Assembly (NCBI GenBank): GCA_965242965.1 | Contig: OZ251518.1 | Location: 256,001-320,000 of the forward strand | Length of the DNA: 64,000 nucleotides | Direction: 5' to 3' | From: Candidatus Poribacteria bacterium | Lineage (GTDB): Bacteria; Poribacteria; WGA-4E; WGA-3G | Part shown: piece by piece, positions 60,036-64,000 of the stretch | Position numbering within the stretch: the first letter of the stretch is position 1 | Layout: every line of letters begins with the position of its first letter | The notes under the pieces: model-generated | What the model was told of the DNA's origin: nothing | Seen by the model: the letters and a program-made list of their open reading frames with translations, nothing else | The model's database searches: none | Position numbers and translations under genes: made by a program

Positions 60036-61538
60036 ATGAGCACGCAACGTCCTAATATCCTCATCGTTACGACGGACCAGCAGCGGACGGATAGCCTCGG
60101 TTGCTATGGCTCAGCGTTTACAGATACCCCGCATCTTGACAGATTGGCAAGTGAAGGTGTCTGTTTTGAGCGTGCATATTGCGCGAATCCGGTCTGCACG
60201 CCTGCCCGCGCGTCAATCTTTTCTGGACGATACGTTAGCCGGCACGGCGCATGGAATGTCGGCATGAACGTGCCTGACGATGAATTAATGATTTCGCATC
60301 GACTCGCCGATGTCGGGTATCGCACGCACTATATTGGTAAGGCGCATTTTCAACCGTTCGGCGCATCCGCCGCGCAATCTGTGGAAGCGCGAGGCGACAC
60401 GAATCGCTATCCCGAATTCAGCGGGCCTTACTACGGATTTGAGACGGTAGAACTCGCTCTGGGCCATGCCACTTACGGCATTGCTGGCCATTATGGAGAG
60501 TGGGTAAAAACCCAGGTATCGGGGGAGGTGTTTGCGAGTTATTCCAAAGCGACGCGCCTTGCAAAAACCGGCTTCGGCGGCGAAGCGTATGATTGGCATA
60601 TACCGCTGAAATATCACAATAGCGTCTGGACAGCAGATAGGACGATAGATTTCCTGACAAACCGAGACAGAACTCAGCCGTTCCTCTTGGCGGTGGGATT
60701 TCAGGATCCGCACCATCCACACTGCGTCCCTATTGACTTTGAAGAACGCATTAACCCGGGAGAAGTTCCGCTCCCCGATTTTGTGGCAGGCGAATTAGAG
60801 GATAAGCCGCCCCATTTTTTGGAAGCACACTGTGGGCAGCTTGAAAAATCCGACATCCGCGGCACATTTCCGATTGCTGGACAAGGGGGTGGTGCCGATT
60901 TCCGACGAGTCTCCGATGATGATGCCCGATTGGGAAGAGCATATTACCATAATATGGTGAAAATCATTGATTCGCAGATGGGACGCATTTTGGCGTGTTT
61001 AGATGCGTGCGGGTTGACTGAAAACACGCTGGTGATTTTCACGACAGACCACGGTGAATTGCTCGGGGACCACGGATTGTGGATGAAAGGTCCTTTTCAC
61101 TACGAACAACTTATCCGTGTGCCGATGTTAATGCGGATGCCTTCAGCCATGCCCGCAGGCCTCCGCACGCAGGCGTTATTCAGCCACGTCGACATTGTGC
61201 CGACAATTCTTGGGGCTGTTGGATTGGATGCGCCATCAGATACAGATGGTATAAGTGCTTTGCCGCTGTCCACCGGCGGAAGAGATGCTGTGCTGGTTGA
61301 ATGCGTGGATGATCCGCGCGGTTTACGCCTCAAAACTGTCGTGACTGATACACGGAAATTGACTTGGTATTGTGGGGAAACCTACGGTGAACTCTACGAT
61401 TTGGAGGCAGACCCGGGTGAGCGGATAAATCAGTGGGATAACGCCGCCTACGCCGCTGACAAGGCACATCTCCTCAGCCGTATTCTAGAGGAAATGGAGC
61501 CTTTGGAGAGACGCGTGGAACGGCTCTCTTACGCATAA
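60036..61538 (+). CDS. Sulfatase (Cys-type FGly sulfatase)
   Basis: RPNILIVTTDQQR, CTPAR (CxPxR), GKAH, DPHHP, TTDHGE and ELYDL..DP.E. Confidence 0.92.
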   Translation: MSTQRPNILIVTTDQQRTDSLGCYGSAFTDTPHLDRLASEGVCFERAYCANPVCTPARASIFSGRYVSRHGAWNVGMNVPDDELMISHRLADVGYRTHYIGKAHFQPFGASAAQSVEARGDTNRYPEFSGPYYGFETVELALGHATYGIAGHYGEWVKTQVSGEVFASYSKATRLAKTGFGGEAYDWHIPLKYHNSVWTADRTIDFLTNRDRTQPFLLAVGFQDPHHPHCVPIDFEERINPGEVPLPDFVAGELEDKPPHFLEAHCGQLEKSDIRGTFPIAGQGGGADFRRVSDDDARLGRAYYHNMVKIIDSQMGRILACLDACGLTENTLVIFTTDHGELLGDHGLWMKGPFHYEQLIRVPMLMRMPSAMPAGLRTQALFSHVDIVPTILGAVGLDAPSDTDGISALPLSTGGRDAVLVECVDDPRGLRLKTVVTDTRKLTWYCGETYGELYDLEADPGERINQWDNAAYAADKAHLLSRILEEMEPLERRVERLSYA

Positions 61539-61552
61539 AAAAGGATCTTTCA

Positions 61553-62311
61553 ATGTCACAAACTGCAATTTTTCATCCATACACTTTCGGTGAGGAAGAA
61601 CGGAAAACCATGGACAGGGACGGGCATTTCGTTTTCCCCGGGCTGCTGGTGTCGGATGCACAGGAACAATTACAAAAATCCCTGTCGCACATTCAGACAT
61701 TAGCACGCGACGGTAAGGCGGGCCACGAACCGAACCGATTTTCAGCGGAGTATGACAGTTATCTTGAAAGCCTCATTGCGCATCCGCAGCTGCTGGAGCT
61801 CGCGCGGAAAGTGCTTGGTGACGAAATCCGATTTGACCATTGCGTCAGCCTAAATCGTCCCGGTGGCAACCGCGGTATCGGCTGGCACAGTCACGGATAC
61901 GCCGAGGATGAACCGCGCTTAGGGTTCGTCCGAATCTTCTTCTACGTCAACGGATTTGAGGCTGACGATGGCGGGTTGAAGGCGGTGCCCGGAAGTCATC
62001 TGTATCGGGATGCTAAAATTCATGCCGCGTCGGATGAGGTGTTACGAGCAGGGTGGATGGCAGGCAAAACGCATCCGGAGACAGGAGAACTCTTGGAAAT
62101 TGAAGCGTTATCCGCACCGCCGGGGACGGTAGTGTTGATGTGGACACACGCCGCACACGCGGTTAATCCAAGAAAACCGGGGAGTCATACGCGATGGTGC
62201 GTCGTCTACGCCTACCGAAACCCCGGTAGCCCCTCGGGTGCCAGATGGATTACCCCTGAATTTGAGAGGAAACCGATTCCGGGTGCGGAAGGGTTGATGC
62301 CGCTATACTAA
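61553..62311 (+). CDS. PhyH-like dioxygenase family protein
   Basis: DRDGHFVFPG, WHSH, FFYVNG...DGGL.AVPGSH and PGTVV....HA.H. Confidence 0.75.
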   Translation: MSQTAIFHPYTFGEEERKTMDRDGHFVFPGLLVSDAQEQLQKSLSHIQTLARDGKAGHEPNRFSAEYDSYLESLIAHPQLLELARKVLGDEIRFDHCVSLNRPGGNRGIGWHSHGYAEDEPRLGFVRIFFYVNGFEADDGGLKAVPGSHLYRDAKIHAASDEVLRAGWMAGKTHPETGELLEIEALSAPPGTVVLMWTHAAHAVNPRKPGSHTRWCVVYAYRNPGSPSGARWITPEFERKPIPGAEGLMPLY

Positions 62312-62444
62312 CCGTTGAAACGCCCGGGTAGGAGAGACCTCCTGGTCTCAATGCGCAGTTGATGCCGCTATACTAGCCGTTGAACAAACCCAGTAGGCGC
62401 GGTTTCAAACCGCGCCTCCAGAAATAATCGTGATTCCGAATGCG

Positions 62445-63236
62445 CTACCGCATCCGTTTGATGCGCGCCCATGTACTCGCCAACTTGCCAACGGCAGAGA
62501 CATCGGAAGCCGTCTCCAGTCCGTTGTCCATGATGTCCTTGAGCACGTCATCAGTGAGTGGCGTGTTAAAAACGCCGACATCGTCCAGCACTCCCCTGAA
62601 GTCCCAACCCGGATTTTTCCATGTCGCGAGCCAGATTGAGCCTTGGTGTTGCGCGGGCGTTGCCGCATGCGGCTTGTCATCAGCTTTTCCGACGGCTTTA
62701 TCGGCGACGAACTCTCCATCAACGTAGAGTTGAATCACATCGCCATCGTAAGTGATTGCGACAAAACTCCACGCATCCTGTTTCCACGCGCCGCCTCGGA
62801 CATGCGTTGCCGCCTGATCAGCGTTGACAGCGATGCTGCCATAAAAATCAGCGGGACCGATTTGTATGGTAGGATTGTGCCAATCCCGTTCGATCACGCG
62901 CGTGTTGACGTTGGGTGGATCCTCGGTGGGTTTTACCCAGAGTAGGTAAGTGAAGCCGTTGAGATAATCATCGGTTGTTTTGCTCGCCGGTATCTCAACG
63001 TGCCCGGTGCCATCGAACTCAAGTCCCTTTCCGAATTTTCCGTTCACCCATTTCGCCTTCACGCTCTTCCCATCGTTTCCGTTTCCGGAAGAGTCTTTGA
63101 CAGTGTCGCCCTGTCCTTCGTCAAGCAGCCAGATGCCGACAATTGAACCCGGATCGATTTTGGCATTGGCGTTCTCGACAGAGATTGCCAGCAAACTTAT
63201 GAGACAGAGCATTATTATCCATGTTAGATTTTTCAT
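62445..63236 (-). CDS. Secreted LamG/concanavalin A-like domain protein
   Basis: Signal peptide; VGIWLLDEG.G..VKDSSGNGNDG, GKFGKGLEF, W.FVAITYDG..LYVDG, F.G.LDDV..FN; C-terminal VSAVGKLASTWARIK. Confidence 0.88.
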   Translation of the reverse strand: MKNLTWIIMLCLISLLAISVENANAKIDPGSIVGIWLLDEGQGDTVKDSSGNGNDGKSVKAKWVNGKFGKGLEFDGTGHVEIPASKTTDDYLNGFTYLLWVKPTEDPPNVNTRVIERDWHNPTIQIGPADFYGSIAVNADQAATHVRGGAWKQDAWSFVAITYDGDVIQLYVDGEFVADKAVGKADDKPHAATPAQHQGSIWLATWKNPGWDFRGVLDDVGVFNTPLTDDVLKDIMDNGLETASDVSAVGKLASTWARIKRMR

Positions 63237-63300
63237 CGTAGATTGTTCTCCTTTTAGGGGCCGTTAATGGCCCGACGCGGATAGCATAATGTTAAACCGC

Positions 63301-63329
63301 ATTATACCAAAATCTCGGCGGGATGTCAA
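63301..63329 (-). promoter_or_regulatory. Consensus sigma70 promoter of the LamG gene
   Basis: TTGACA-17 bp-TATAAT on the minus strand. Confidence 0.75.
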
Positions 63330-63408
63330 GGGATACGCAAATGCCATACTCCACCGTTCTGGAAAATTCCTTCGGGATACTCAGTTATCTGGCCAGAAGT
63401 GACTCTCT

Positions 63409-63864
63409 TTACGGCACAGCATCGGCGTTCAACACTGAACCTTCCACAAAGATACCCCGCTGATCCAACATTTTGCGTTGACGGCTCCCTGGCAAAATCG
63501 TTGTGGTTGTTCCACTGGAAACCCAGTGATAACTACTTGACCTTTTCAGATTTTCAAGACTTTGTGCGGCAGATTTACGCCACTGCCTTAACCACTCGAA
63601 TTTCGCGACAACGCTTTTCACTTCGCTCAAGCGACTCGGATGCACCTCAACGTAATAGAGATGCCCGTTATAGCCGAACACGTAATCCCAACGATGTGCT
63701 TCCGGATAACGCTTTTTGAGGCAATCATCAATGTTAACGCTGCCTTCTAACTTCGGGGTAGAGGTAACCTTTACCTTTTTGCTATTTGAGCCCAACGCCT
63801 GTAACCCGTTTTTTAGACAAGCAGCGAGTTCAGGGACGCGCCGAACTGCCTCTTCAAAATTCAC
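63409..63864 (-). CDS. Hypothetical protein (PD-(D/E)XK-like partner of an upstream ATPase)
   Basis: GSVNIDDCL...RWDYVFG...YVEVHP...EV..V.AK.EWL; its GTG overlaps the upstream stop. Confidence 0.65.
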   Translation of the reverse strand: MNFEEAVRRVPELAACLKNGLQALGSNSKKVKVTSTPKLEGSVNIDDCLKKRYPEAHRWDYVFGYNGHLYYVEVHPSRLSEVKSVVAKFEWLRQWRKSAAQSLENLKRSSSYHWVSSGTTTTILPGSRQRKMLDQRGIFVEGSVLNADAVP

Positions 63865-64000
63865 AAATCTGCCCTCCACATGGTATCGGAGATGATGTCC
63901 GAGACCTTCGTGCTGAAGCCAGTGAGTCCGCCCCAGTCTGATACATCTTCGTCCGGATTCTCGGGGTTAAGGGTTGAAATGTCTTTGACGTTCACGACAC
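63861..64000 (-). CDS. C-terminus of a probable AAA ATPase (truncated by the window edge)
   Basis: VKDISTLNPENPDEDVSDWGGLTGFSTKVSDII, a C-terminal pattern I associate with AAA_15/21-type ATPases. Confidence 0.5.
   Translation of the reverse strand, partial: VVNVKDISTLNPENPDEDVSDWGGLTGFSTKVSDIISDTMWRADL

Overview
Bacterial window of about 55% GC (visual estimate), most likely from a Candidatus Poribacteria-like genome. This is an inference from the LamG protein with its C-terminal 'VSAVGKLASTWARIK' motif, several PhyH dioxygenases, a sulfatase and TPR proteins. Housekeeping genes (secG, tpiA, gap, trmJ-like, aspS, der, ubiX, ubiA-like, Tat-exported Mn/Fe-SOD) are interleaved with defence-type cargo: four DUF4268/PD-(D/E)XK nuclease paralogues next to TPR and patatin genes, a frameshifted type III Mod methyltransferase with a G7 tract, GmrSD, a PLD-SNF2 helicase plus type IIG-like methyltransferase split by duplicated RelE modules, and VapBC. 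Most intergenic spaces hold composite GTAG-hairpin (REP-like) clusters, many enclosed by a 14-15 bp terminal inverted repeat. The most striking observation is repeated in-frame invasion of proteins. (i) An unannotated ~80-100 aa domain (LF...[IL]S..[LF]R..F....LS....V...G..W.[IL].D....Y.[IV]....L.V[YF]) is inserted in the anticodon-binding domain of AspRS and three times, once apparently nested, inside a single SH3b domain. (ii) REP hairpins are translated in frame inside a DNA methyltransferase and a glycosyltransferase. (iii) A CAGGATTTCC-type repeat appears twice in frame in aspS. No rRNA, tRNA, CRISPR array or transposase was recognised.
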